Source: Thermoanaerobaculia bacterium
GTDB lineage: Bacteria > Acidobacteriota > Thermoanaerobaculia > UBA5066
NCBI GenBank assembly: GCA_963816185.1
Contig: CAWFJJ010000024.1
Span: forward strand, 96,001 to 160,000
Reading direction: 5' to 3'
Length of the DNA: 64,000 bases
Position 1 is the stretch's first letter; every line of letters begins with the position of its first letter. A program made the position numbers and the translations under genes. The notes below the pieces were generated by a model. It was not told where the DNA came from and made no database searches. It worked only from the letters and a program-made list of their open reading frames with translations. Below, piece by piece: positions 8,078-16,794 of the stretch.

Positions 8078-11047
8078 GTGTATCAGATCGTGCGCCGCCA
8101 CCAGTTCTCAGAATCGACGTTCCTGTGGGACGTGTACGCGCCCGACGTGGCCCGTGCCGCCCGGCCGGGGCACTTCGTCATGCTGCGCTTGCGCGACGGG
8201 GGCGAGAGAATCCCCCTGACGGTGGCCGACTACGACCGCGAGTGGGGCACCGTGACGATCGTCATCCAGGCCATCGGGAAGACGACGCGCGAGATGATGG
8301 CCGCCTACCAGGAAGGCGACACGTTTCTCGACTTCGTCGGACCGCTCGGAATGCCGAGCCACGTGCACCAGGTCGGGCACGTCGTCCTCGTCGGCGGCGG
8401 CCTCGGGGTTGCGCCGGTGTTTCCCCAGCTCCGCGCCTTCAAGGAGGCCGGGAACCGCGTCACGGGAATCATCGGCTTCCGCTCGAAGGACCTCGTGTTC
8501 TGGGAGGACCGGTTCCAGAAGCAGTGCGACGACCTGATCGTCTGCACCGACGACGGGACCTACGGCCGGCCGGGATTCGTCACGGCCGCGCTCGAGGACG
8601 TCCTCTCGAAGGAGAAGGTCGACGAGGTCGTGGCGATCGGCCCCCTCCCGATGATGCGCGCCTGCGCGGAGGTCACGCGCCCGCGCGGCGTGCCGACGGC
8701 CGTGAGCCTGAACGCGATCATGGTGGACGGCACCGGGATGTGCGGCTCGTGCCGGGTCTCGGTGGACGGCGCGATCAAGTTCGCGTGCGTGGAGGGACCC
8801 GACTTCAACGCGCACAAGATCGACTTCGACGAGCTCATGCTGCGCCAGCAGCGCTTCAAGGCGCAGGAGACGCGCGCGAACGAGGACTTCGCACACACGT
8901 GCAAGATCGAGAAGGTTCTCTTCGAGGACGCGAAGCGCAACTACAAGAAGCTGAAGGACGTGGCGCCGCATGCCACGAAGATGGCCGAGCGGAACGCCGA
9001 AGAGCGCGCGCACAATTTTCTCGAGGTGAACCTCGGCTACACGATCGCCGACGCGCTCACGGAGGCCGAGCGCTGCATCCAGTGCCTGAGGCCCACCTGC
9101 GTCCAGGGCTGCCCGGTCGCCATCGACATCCCGCGCTTCATCCGGCACCTTCTCGTCCGCGACATCGCGGGCGCCGCGTCGGTCATTCGGGAGAACAACC
9201 ACTTCCCGTCCGTGTGCGGCCGCGTCTGCCCGCAGGAGAGCCAGTGCGAGGTGCAGTGCATCCTCGTCAAGAAGATGGAGCCGGTCGCCATCGGCCGGCT
9301 CGAGCGCTTCGTCGGCGACCATGCGCCCGTCACCGCGCCGCCCCCGCGCCCGGCGGAACCGATCGGCAAGGTCGCGGTCGTGGGGTCCGGCCCCGCGGGC
9401 CTCGCGTGCGCGGGCGACCTCGCGCGCGACGGCGCCCAGGTCACGATCTTCGAGGCGCTGCACGTCATCGGGGGAGTCCTGCGCTACGGGATTCCGTCCT
9501 TCCGCCTGCCGCGCAACATCATCGACCGTGAAGTGAAGCAGCTCGAGGACATGGGCGTCCGCTTCGAGACGAACAAGGTCATCGGCAAGACATTCACGAT
9601 CCCCGAGCTCCTCAAAGAGCACGGCTTCGACGCCGTCTTCGTCGGGACCGGGGCGGGCGCTCCGGCCTTTCTCGGCATTCCGGGCGAGTTCGCCGGCCAG
9701 GTCTACAGCGCGAACGAGTTCCTCACGCGCGTGAACCTCATGGGGGGCGACAAGTTCCCCTACGAGGACACGCCGGTAACGCTCGGCCGCAGCATCGTCG
9801 TCATCGGCGCGGGCAACACGGCAATGGACTGCCTGCGCGTCTCCAAGCGCCTCGGAGCCGAGCTGGTCCGCTGCGTCTACCGCCGCACGAAGGCGGAAGC
9901 CCCCGCACGCGTCGAAGAGCTTCGCCACGCCGAGGAAGAAGGCATCACGTTCCACTGGCTGCGCGGCCCGACCGAGATCGTCACCGACGACAAGGGCGGC
10001 GTGAAGGCCCTCGTCTGCCAGAAGATGGAGCTGGGCCCACCGGACGCTTCCGGCCGCCGGCGCCCCGTCCCCGTCCCAGGCGAGACGGAGACTTTCGAGT
10101 GCGACACCGTCATCTACGCGCTCGGTACGCGCGCGAACCCGGTCATCGCGCGGTCCACGCCGGGCCTCGACATCCGCGGCGAGGGATACATCAACGTCGA
10201 CGAGACGACGCAGGCCGCGAACCTGCCGGGCATCTTCGCGGGCGGCGATATCGTCTCGGGCGCCGCCACCGTGATCCTCGCGCTCGGCGCCGGCCGAAGA
10301 GCGGCCCGTGCGATCACGTCGTACCTGAAGAACCGCGTCTGGCCTCCCGAAGTGCGCGCGGAGTCGAAGATCCCGGCCGTCACGGCGCCCGCCGAGTCCG
10401 TGTGCAAGAGGTGCAGGCGCCCGATCGAGGCGGGCGAGGATTACGTCTGCTGCGCGGGCGAGCGCCGCGCATTCCAGTGCACTTCATGTCTCAAGGTCTC
10501 TGAGGGTTTCGCGTTCCCGTACGGTCTGTGCCCGATCTGCGGCGGCGCGTTCGCGCCCCGCGAGGAGGTCTCGACCCCGGAAGGCGCTCTCGCCGAGGCC
10601 GTGCGGCGCGCCTACGAGATCGAGATCGGCGGAGTCCTCTTCTACGCCCGCGGGGCGGAGGAGATGGCGCGGGCCGGAGGCGACCCCGAGGTCGTCGAGC
10701 TCTTCAATCGGCTCTCTGGCATGGAGCGCGAGCACATGGAGCTGCTCGCGCGGCGCTATCACCTCGAGGCGCCGGATCTTTCGGGGAAGGGGCCGTCCCC
10801 CTCGCAGCTCGCCGTCTTCTCGGGTGTCGAGACCTCGAAGGACGCCGACGCCGTCGCGCTGCTGCGCCTCGCCGTCCATCTCGAGAAACGGGCAGGCCGG
10901 TTCTTCCTCGAGACCGGGCGGTCGTTCTCCGAGGCCTCGCCCGAGTGGCGGCTCTACCGCGAGCTGGAGGCCGAGGAGCGCGAGCACGCCGAGCTCCTCG
11001 AGGGGGCCGCAATGAGGCTCAAGGCGGGGCGCCCGCTCGTGATCTGA
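8078..11047 (+). CDS. Fused NfnA-NfnB (SudB-SudA/GltD-like) oxidoreductase with C-terminal Cys-rich and ferritin/rubrerythrin-like domains
   Basis: GTG start after GGAG; GERIPLT, GGGLGVAP, MVDGTGMCGSC, CVEGPDF (NfnA); EAERCIQC, CGRVCPQE, GSGPAG, GAGNTAMD, FAGGD (NfnB); CKRC/CC/CTSC/CPIC; two ExxH motifs (EREH). Confidence 0.85.
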   Translation: MYQIVRRHQFSESTFLWDVYAPDVARAARPGHFVMLRLRDGGERIPLTVADYDREWGTVTIVIQAIGKTTREMMAAYQEGDTFLDFVGPLGMPSHVHQVGHVVLVGGGLGVAPVFPQLRAFKEAGNRVTGIIGFRSKDLVFWEDRFQKQCDDLIVCTDDGTYGRPGFVTAALEDVLSKEKVDEVVAIGPLPMMRACAEVTRPRGVPTAVSLNAIMVDGTGMCGSCRVSVDGAIKFACVEGPDFNAHKIDFDELMLRQQRFKAQETRANEDFAHTCKIEKVLFEDAKRNYKKLKDVAPHATKMAERNAEERAHNFLEVNLGYTIADALTEAERCIQCLRPTCVQGCPVAIDIPRFIRHLLVRDIAGAASVIRENNHFPSVCGRVCPQESQCEVQCILVKKMEPVAIGRLERFVGDHAPVTAPPPRPAEPIGKVAVVGSGPAGLACAGDLARDGAQVTIFEALHVIGGVLRYGIPSFRLPRNIIDREVKQLEDMGVRFETNKVIGKTFTIPELLKEHGFDAVFVGTGAGAPAFLGIPGEFAGQVYSANEFLTRVNLMGGDKFPYEDTPVTLGRSIVVIGAGNTAMDCLRVSKRLGAELVRCVYRRTKAEAPARVEELRHAEEEGITFHWLRGPTEIVTDDKGGVKALVCQKMELGPPDASGRRRPVPVPGETETFECDTVIYALGTRANPVIARSTPGLDIRGEGYINVDETTQAANLPGIFAGGDIVSGAATVILALGAGRRAARAITSYLKNRVWPPEVRAESKIPAVTAPAESVCKRCRRPIEAGEDYVCCAGERRAFQCTSCLKVSEGFAFPYGLCPICGGAFAPREEVSTPEGALAEAVRRAYEIEIGGVLFYARGAEEMARAGGDPEVVELFNRLSGMEREHMELLARRYHLEAPDLSGKGPSPSQLAVFSGVETSKDADAVALLRLAVHLEKRAGRFFLETGRSFSEASPEWRLYRELEAEEREHAELLEGAAMRLKAGRPLVI

Positions 11048-11066
11048 GCGACGCGAGGCTCGGGCG

Positions 11067-12467
11067 TCAGTACGCGTTCTTGTGGGTGAATCCCCACTTG
11101 AGCGTGAGCCACAGGATCTTCACGTCGAGGCCGACCGACCAGTTCTCGATGTAGTAGAGGTCGTACTCGATCCGCTTGCTGAGGCTCGTGTTGCCGCGCC
11201 AGCCGTGGACCTGCGCCCAGCCCGTGATGCCCGCGCGTACGCGGTGGCGCAGCATGTATTGCGGGAGCTTCTCCTTGAAAGTGCTGACGAACTCGGGGCG
11301 CTCGGGGCGCGGCCCCACGAGGGACATCTCGCCCTTGAACACGTTGATGAGCTGCGGCAGCTCGTCGAGCGACGTCCGGCGCAGGAGGGTGCCCACCCAC
11401 GTGCGGCGCGGGTCGTTCTCCTCGGTCCAGCGAGCCCCTTCGTCCTCGGCATCGACGCGCATCGAGCGGAACTTGAGCATCCGGAAGAGCCGTCCGTCGA
11501 GGCCCATGCGCTCCTGCGCGTAGAAGATCGGCCCGCGATCCTCGAGCCAGATCGCGAGCGCGAGGATCGGGAAGAGAACGGCGAGCGCGACGAGGCCGAG
11601 CGCCGAGAGCGCGACGTCCATCGTGCGCTTCACGAGGGAGTTCCAGCCTTCGAGCGGCATCTGCGTCAGGTTGATGACGGGCAGCCCGTCGAAATCCTCG
11701 ACGCCGGCCTTGAACGTGACGTACTGGAAGAGGTCCGGCACGACCTTGAGGTCGACGATCTGGTTGCCGACCTCCTTGAGGATCGTGAGCATCGTGCGGT
11801 ACGCCTCGACGGGCAGCGCCAGGAACACCGTGTCGACTTCGTGCGCGCGGATGAGCGCCGTGACCTCCGAGGTCGTCCCGAGGACGGCGAGGCCGCGATA
11901 ATCCTCGACGCGCTTGAGCGGGTCGTCGTCGGCGAAGCCTACGGGCTTCAGGCCCGTCGCGGGGTGGTCGAGCAGCTTGTCGGCCAGCGCGCGGCCCGCG
12001 TGCCCCGCACCCACGATGAGCGTCCGCCGCACACCGGTGCCCGTGGACCACATCGTTTCGAGGTACTTGCGGATGCCGTAGCGCACGAGCGACACGAAGG
12101 AGACGTCCAGGAAGAGGAACAGGACGAGAAGCTGGCGGCTCGTGTACGTGAACCCACGCCAGAAAGAAAGGAGGCCCACGAGGAGGATCGTCCCGAGGGA
12201 CGCAGCCACGATCACGGCGAGCATGTCGTCGATCGTCGAGCGGTCGCGCCGGATCTGGTACAGCCGGTGGAAGTAGAAGACCACCGGCCAGATGACGACG
12301 AGGATCGGGATGAGCGGGGCGTAGTTCTCGAAAGGCTGCGCGCCCTTCGGAGTCGGCCACACCGACTCGAAGCGGATGAGCCACGCCGCGCCCAGCGCGA
12401 GCACGGTCGCGAGGACGTCGGCGGCCACGAACAGGGCCTGGAGGCGGCGGGTCTGGCGGCGGATCAC
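11067..12467 (-). CDS. Undecaprenyl-phosphate glucose phosphotransferase (WcaJ family)
   Basis: N-terminal TMs, CoA-binding-like domain, KRTMD, KFRSM, SLDELPQL, GEMSLVGPRPER, GITGWAQVHG. Confidence 0.93.
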   Translation of the reverse strand: MIRRQTRRLQALFVAADVLATVLALGAAWLIRFESVWPTPKGAQPFENYAPLIPILVVIWPVVFYFHRLYQIRRDRSTIDDMLAVIVAASLGTILLVGLLSFWRGFTYTSRQLLVLFLFLDVSFVSLVRYGIRKYLETMWSTGTGVRRTLIVGAGHAGRALADKLLDHPATGLKPVGFADDDPLKRVEDYRGLAVLGTTSEVTALIRAHEVDTVFLALPVEAYRTMLTILKEVGNQIVDLKVVPDLFQYVTFKAGVEDFDGLPVINLTQMPLEGWNSLVKRTMDVALSALGLVALAVLFPILALAIWLEDRGPIFYAQERMGLDGRLFRMLKFRSMRVDAEDEGARWTEENDPRRTWVGTLLRRTSLDELPQLINVFKGEMSLVGPRPERPEFVSTFKEKLPQYMLRHRVRAGITGWAQVHGWRGNTSLSKRIEYDLYYIENWSVGLDVKILWLTLKWGFTHKNAY

Positions 12468-13576
12468 AAAGACTCCGGACGGGGGATTCTAGCGTCCCGC
12501 GCCTTCTCGAGGGCGGCGCGGAAGCGGGCCTGGAAGACGTCCCGCGAGAAACGGGCGGCGTTGCGAGGCAGAGCCGCGGAGTCGAGCGTGAGGCCGAGGA
12601 GGCGGTCGAGCGCCGCGAGCAGGCCCGCGGCTCCCGGTTTGGCGTACAGGACGCCCGTCTCGCCGTCCCGCACCGTCTCGGTCGCCCCCCCGAGTCCGAG
12701 CGCGACGACCGGCGTGCCGCAGGCCTGCGCCTCCAGCGGCACGATGCCGAAATCCTCCTCGCCCGGCATCAGTACGGCCTCCGAGGCGCGGTACAGGTCG
12801 CGCAACATCTCGTCATTGGGAGTGTCGACAAATCGGATCGTCTCACCGGCCCGCTTCGCGAGGCGGGAGCGCTCAGGCCCGAACCCCGCGATCGTGAGGG
12901 GCAACCTACCGGCGTTCGCGGCGTCGATGGCGTCGTCGAGCCTCTTGTACGGGGCGAGCGCCGACACGACGAGGAAGCCGCGCCGGGGCGTTCCGGGAGG
13001 CGGCGGCGTGTAGAACTCCGTGTCGGCGGGTGGAAATACGACGGCCGCCTCGCGCCCCCACAGCCTGGCGATACGGCCTTTCACGTTCTCCGAATTCGCG
13101 AGAAAGGCGTCCACGCGGGGCATGGTCGAGCGGTCCCAGGCGCGAAGCGGGGTGCGCACGAGACGCGCCGCCGCCCGGGTCGCCGCGGAACGGTTCCGAA
13201 AGTAGTCGTCGAACTGGTCGTGCAGGTATCGCACGGGCGTGTGGCAGTAGCAGAGGTGGAAGGCTCCCGGTGCTTTCTTCGCGTTCTTGGCGACGCAGTG
13301 GGAGGACGAGATCACGAGGTCGAACCCGGAAAAGTCCCATGTCTCCGCGGCGACGAAGAAGAGAGGGAGGAGCTTCCGATAGTCGGCGCGCGGCGAGACG
13401 AGCTTCTGCAGGAACGTCGTCCGGATTTCCGCGGCCTCGATTTCGGGAGGCTGCGAGCCTGGGAAATGGAAGAGCGTGAAGACGGGCGCGCCCGGAAACA
13501 TCCGGACCAGCTCCAGCAGCACCTTCTCGCCGCCGCGCGTGCCCGTCAGCCAGTCGTGGACGAGGGCGACCCTCAC
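12464..13576 (-). CDS. Glycosyltransferase family 4
   Basis: MRVALVHDWL..GGEKV, YCHTP, EDFGIVPLEAQACGTPV. Confidence 0.92.
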   Translation of the reverse strand: MRVALVHDWLTGTRGGEKVLLELVRMFPGAPVFTLFHFPGSQPPEIEAAEIRTTFLQKLVSPRADYRKLLPLFFVAAETWDFSGFDLVISSSHCVAKNAKKAPGAFHLCYCHTPVRYLHDQFDDYFRNRSAATRAAARLVRTPLRAWDRSTMPRVDAFLANSENVKGRIARLWGREAAVVFPPADTEFYTPPPPGTPRRGFLVVSALAPYKRLDDAIDAANAGRLPLTIAGFGPERSRLAKRAGETIRFVDTPNDEMLRDLYRASEAVLMPGEEDFGIVPLEAQACGTPVVALGLGGATETVRDGETGVLYAKPGAAGLLAALDRLLGLTLDSAALPRNAARFSRDVFQARFRAALEKARDARIPRPESL

Positions 13577-14832
13577 TAGGAGGAATCCTTTGCTCCCTCT
13601 CGTGTCGAGTCGTGGCCCGGCTCATGAGAGGATGACATTTCTTCGAATGGGTGTGCGTTCGACACGCCCTCGAGTTGCACCGAGGCGGCACCCGCCGCCG
13701 TGACTCCACTCACCCCTCTAAGAAGATCTTCATACACCCTCGCGGTTCGCTCCGCCGCGCGCCGCCAAGTGAATTGCGCTGCCCGCTCCCGTCCCCTCTT
13801 TCTAAGAGATTCTCTCTTCTCTTCATCCCCGAGCAGCGCGTTCAGGGCTGTCGCGAGGGACGCGACGTCGTGCGGATCGAAGAACACCGCCGCGTCGCCC
13901 GCAGCCTCGCGGAGGGCGGGGAGGTCCGAGCACGCGACGGGCGTGCCTGCCGCCTGCGCCTCGAGGACCGGCAGCCCGAAGCCTTCCGCAAACGAGGGCA
14001 GAACGAGCGCTCGCGCGCCCGCGAGGAGCGGCGGCACGTCGGCGTCCGGCACGAAGCCGATGACCTTTGCGCCCTCGGGCAGCGTCCGCCCGGGTCCGAC
14101 ACCCGCGAGGACGAGAGAGAGCGATGGATTCGCCGCGCGCACGCGTGGCCACGCGAGAAGCAACCCGTCGAGGTTCTTGTGCGGTTTGTCGTTGCCGAGA
14201 AAGAGAAGATAAGGAAGATAAGAACGAAGATAAGGAGAAGATTCTTTGAAAGGAAGAACGGAAGACTGCACCTCGGCCACACGACGCGCGCCGGCGCTGC
14301 TTTCTTCCCCTTCTAAGAAGAATCTCTCCTCCACTCCATTTGGAATTACTTCGATCTTGAGGTTACGAGAGGGTCCGAAAGCAAGAATTTCCTTCTTCGT
14401 GGCTTCCGACACCGCGATCACTCGAGCGGAGAGGCGCAATGCGCGGCCGATCATCCAGCGCGCGTACACGCGCTTCGCTCTCGCCGCGTGCTCGGGCCGG
14501 GAAAGGTGCATGAGGTCGTGGATCGTGACGACCGTCGCGCGCGGCGGAAAGAGTGGAACGACGTAGTGCGGAGCATGGAAGAGGTCCGGCCGTGCTACAG
14601 AGATCGCCTGCCTGACCGCCACGAGCTCGCCGATCGAGTAATGTGCGGCCGCGCACGTCGTCGTCGTCACGGCTGCGGGCACGAGCGCCTCGTCGCCCGG
14701 AAGAACGAGCGCTTGGAGTTCGAAACGGTCCAGTCCCGCGAGGCCGCCGAGAAGGCCCCGGATATACGTGCCGATCCCGAAGTCGCGCGCCTTGCGCGCG
14801 TCCACGAGGATGAGCTTCCTTCGCTCCGTCAC
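13576..14832 (-). CDS. Glycosyltransferase family 4 carrying repeat-derived internal insert and C-terminal tail
   Basis: GTG start overlapping upstream stop; GIGTY, TIHDL, KPHKN, EGFGLPVLEA, FTW motifs; AT-rich segments at 14197-14330 and 13634-13730. Confidence 0.88.
   Translation of the reverse strand: MTERRKLILVDARKARDFGIGTYIRGLLGGLAGLDRFELQALVLPGDEALVPAAVTTTTCAAAHYSIGELVAVRQAISVARPDLFHAPHYVVPLFPPRATVVTIHDLMHLSRPEHAARAKRVYARWMIGRALRLSARVIAVSEATKKEILAFGPSRNLKIEVIPNGVEERFFLEGEESSAGARRVAEVQSSVLPFKESSPYLRSYLPYLLFLGNDKPHKNLDGLLLAWPRVRAANPSLSLVLAGVGPGRTLPEGAKVIGFVPDADVPPLLAGARALVLPSFAEGFGLPVLEAQAAGTPVACSDLPALREAAGDAAVFFDPHDVASLATALNALLGDEEKRESLRKRGRERAAQFTWRRAAERTARVYEDLLRGVSGVTAAGAASVQLEGVSNAHPFEEMSSSHEPGHDSTREGAKDSS
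13634..13730. repeat. Dispersed palindromic element copy I
   Basis: ACATTTCTTCGAATGGGTG ... CACCCCTCTAAGAAGATCT imperfect inverted termini around small GC hairpins. Confidence 0.65.
14197..14330. repeat. Dispersed element copy II (in frame in GT4)
   Basis: Purine tract + AGATTCTTTGAAAGGAAGAA ... TTCTTCCCCTTCTAAGAAGAATCT. Confidence 0.7.
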
Positions 14833-15914
14833 GAGAGCGCCTCGACGAACAGGGCGCGTGTTTTCGCCGCTGCGGCCGCCCACGTGAAGGTCCGCGCGCG
14901 TCGTGGGCCTTCCTTCGCCGCGTGGCGCCGGAAATCGTCGTCGTCGTTCGCCTTTTCCATCGCGGCCGCGATCTCGGGGACGTTCGCCGGATCGGGCAGG
15001 AGGCCGGCGTCGCCCATCACCTCCGGCAGCGACGACGCCGACGAGCCCACGACGGGCGTGCCCTGAGCCATCGCCTCGAGGGGCGGCAGGCCGAAGCCCT
15101 CGTAAAGGCTCGGATACGCGAAGACGCGCGCGCCTGCGAGCCAGCGCGCTCGCTCGCCGGAGCCGAGATACCCGAGACGCGCGACGCGCGCGGCATGGCG
15201 CGAGCAGGCGAGGCGTTCGGAGAACCCTTCCATCCCCCACCCGTCCCCGCCCGCGAGGACGAGGTCGGGAAAGTCCGGGCGGCGATCCCAGATCGACTCC
15301 ATCGCCGCGACGAGCCGCGCGATGTTCTTGCGCGGCTCGAGCGTTCCCACGTAAAGGACATAGGGCTTGCCACCGTGCGGCGCCGGGCCGGGAGCGGCCG
15401 GAGTCTCGGCCTCGACGCCGTTGTGCACGACGACCGTCTTCGGGGCGGCATCGGGGAACGCGGCGACGAGGTCGCGGCGCGTGGCGTCGGACACGGCGGC
15501 GATGCGCCGCGCGCGGCGGACGGTCGCGCCGATGAAGGGATTGAAACCAAGACGATTCTTCCGCGAGTGCCACTCGGGAAACAGAAACGGCGTGAGGTCG
15601 TGCACGGTCGCGACGCCCGGCAGTGAAGAAAAGAGGGGCAGGATGCCGAGGCTCCCGAAGAACGCGTCGGCGCCGGCTCGCCGGGCGACCCGCGCGGAGT
15701 CGACCTGCAGCCAGACCGTCCCGGGCAGCGGGGGAGAGCCCGCGACCTCCACGCGACCGGCGAGGCGCGCCGGCACGTGGACCCTGCGCGGCGAGAGCAG
15801 GACGAAAGAGTCCGAAGGCGTCTGGTCGAGCCAGGCGGAAAGGAGTCCTTCGAGATAGCGGCCGACGCCGGTCGGACGCTCCTCGAGCGGGCGCGCGTCG
15901 ACGGCGAGGCGCAT
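14829..15914 (-). CDS. Glycosyltransferase family 4
   Basis: MRLAVDAR..TGVGRY, TVHDL, GTLEPRKN, EGFGLPPLEAM; alternative start 15923. Confidence 0.92.
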   Translation of the reverse strand: MRLAVDARPLEERPTGVGRYLEGLLSAWLDQTPSDSFVLLSPRRVHVPARLAGRVEVAGSPPLPGTVWLQVDSARVARRAGADAFFGSLGILPLFSSLPGVATVHDLTPFLFPEWHSRKNRLGFNPFIGATVRRARRIAAVSDATRRDLVAAFPDAAPKTVVVHNGVEAETPAAPGPAPHGGKPYVLYVGTLEPRKNIARLVAAMESIWDRRPDFPDLVLAGGDGWGMEGFSERLACSRHAARVARLGYLGSGERARWLAGARVFAYPSLYEGFGLPPLEAMAQGTPVVGSSASSLPEVMGDAGLLPDPANVPEIAAAMEKANDDDDFRRHAAKEGPRRARTFTWAAAAAKTRALFVEALS

Positions 15915-15922
15915 GCTTTCCA

Positions 15923-15960
15923 TGTTATATTCCGCGGCTCCTCTTCGTTGCGGAGGAGCC
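15923..15960 (+). promoter_or_regulatory. Extended -10 (TGnTATATT) and hairpin covering the yceD ribosome-binding site
   Basis: TGTTATATT at 15923-15931; GGCTCCTC-9nt-GAGGAGCC stem at 15936-15960 overlaps the GGAGG SD. Confidence 0.45.
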
Positions 15961-15967
15961 TTTTCCC

Positions 15968-16552
15968 ATGGACCTGAACCTCGAAGCGGCTTTCGACGAG
16001 CCGGTTGATCTTTCTCATCAGTTCGACTTTCCGGCCGGGAGCCTGGCCCGCCCCGAGCTCGTGTCGCTCTCACCCGTGGATTTCACGGGTCGCCTCGAGC
16101 GCCAGGGGCCCGGCTTCGTCCTGAACGGCCGCGTCGTCTTCGACGGCGTCACATCGTGCGCGCGCTGCCTCGCCCCCGTCTCGTTCCGCCGTGCGAGCGA
16201 GGCGTTCTGGGTCTTTGCGCCGGCTCACGAAAAGCCGCGCGAGGGCAAGCCCGTCCCCAGGGCGGACCGGACCGAGAAGCGCGCGAAGCGCGAGGGGGAC
16301 GCGGAGGACGGCCTCGAGCTTAAGCCGGAGGATCTCGACGTCCTGTACTACGACGACCTCGTCGTCCCCTTCGACCCTCTCGTCGAAGAGCAGGTGCAGC
16401 TCGAGCTTCCCCTGAAGGCGCTCTGCCGGGACGACTGCCGCGGACTCTGTCCGATGTGCGGCGCCGACCGGAATGTCGCGCCGTGCGTCTGCAAGCCTCC
16501 GACGGACGAGCGCTGGAAATCGCTTCGAACGCTCCTCGAGCCCGGGAGCTGA
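15968..16552 (+). CDS. yceD: YceD/DUF177 23S rRNA accumulation protein
   Basis: CARCL and LCRDDCRGLCPMCG motifs, D.RW..L end; directly upstream of rpmF. Confidence 0.9.
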   Translation: MDLNLEAAFDEPVDLSHQFDFPAGSLARPELVSLSPVDFTGRLERQGPGFVLNGRVVFDGVTSCARCLAPVSFRRASEAFWVFAPAHEKPREGKPVPRADRTEKRAKREGDAEDGLELKPEDLDVLYYDDLVVPFDPLVEEQVQLELPLKALCRDDCRGLCPMCGADRNVAPCVCKPPTDERWKSLRTLLEPGS

Positions 16553-16607
16553 CTCAAGACCTTTTTCGTCCTCGCCGCCGCGCGTCGGACCGTCACAGGA
16601 GACCGCC

Positions 16608-16793
16608 ATGCCGAATCCAAAGCACCGCCACAGCAAGACGCGCCGCGACCTGCGCCGCGCCCACGATTTCCTGAAGCCCAAGCAGACCTCGAACTGCCCG
16701 AATTGCGGCACGGAGAAGCTGCCGCACCGGGTGTGCCCGTCCTGCGGTCACTACAAGGGCCGGGAAGTCATGAGCGGAGCCGAGAAGGCCTGA
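16608..16793 (+). CDS. rpmF: 50S ribosomal protein L32
   Basis: MPNPKHRHSKTRRDLRRAH..CPNCG..PHRVCPSCGHY. Confidence 0.97.
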   Translation: MPNPKHRHSKTRRDLRRAHDFLKPKQTSNCPNCGTEKLPHRVCPSCGHYKGREVMSGAEKA

Positions 16794-16794
16794 C

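Noticed and set aside
129-11047. Selenocysteine UGA read-through in redox genes, prompted by tRNA-Sec
   Set aside because: The TGA stops inspected fall at natural protein ends, often overlapping the next ATG, and none sits at a catalytic Cys position.
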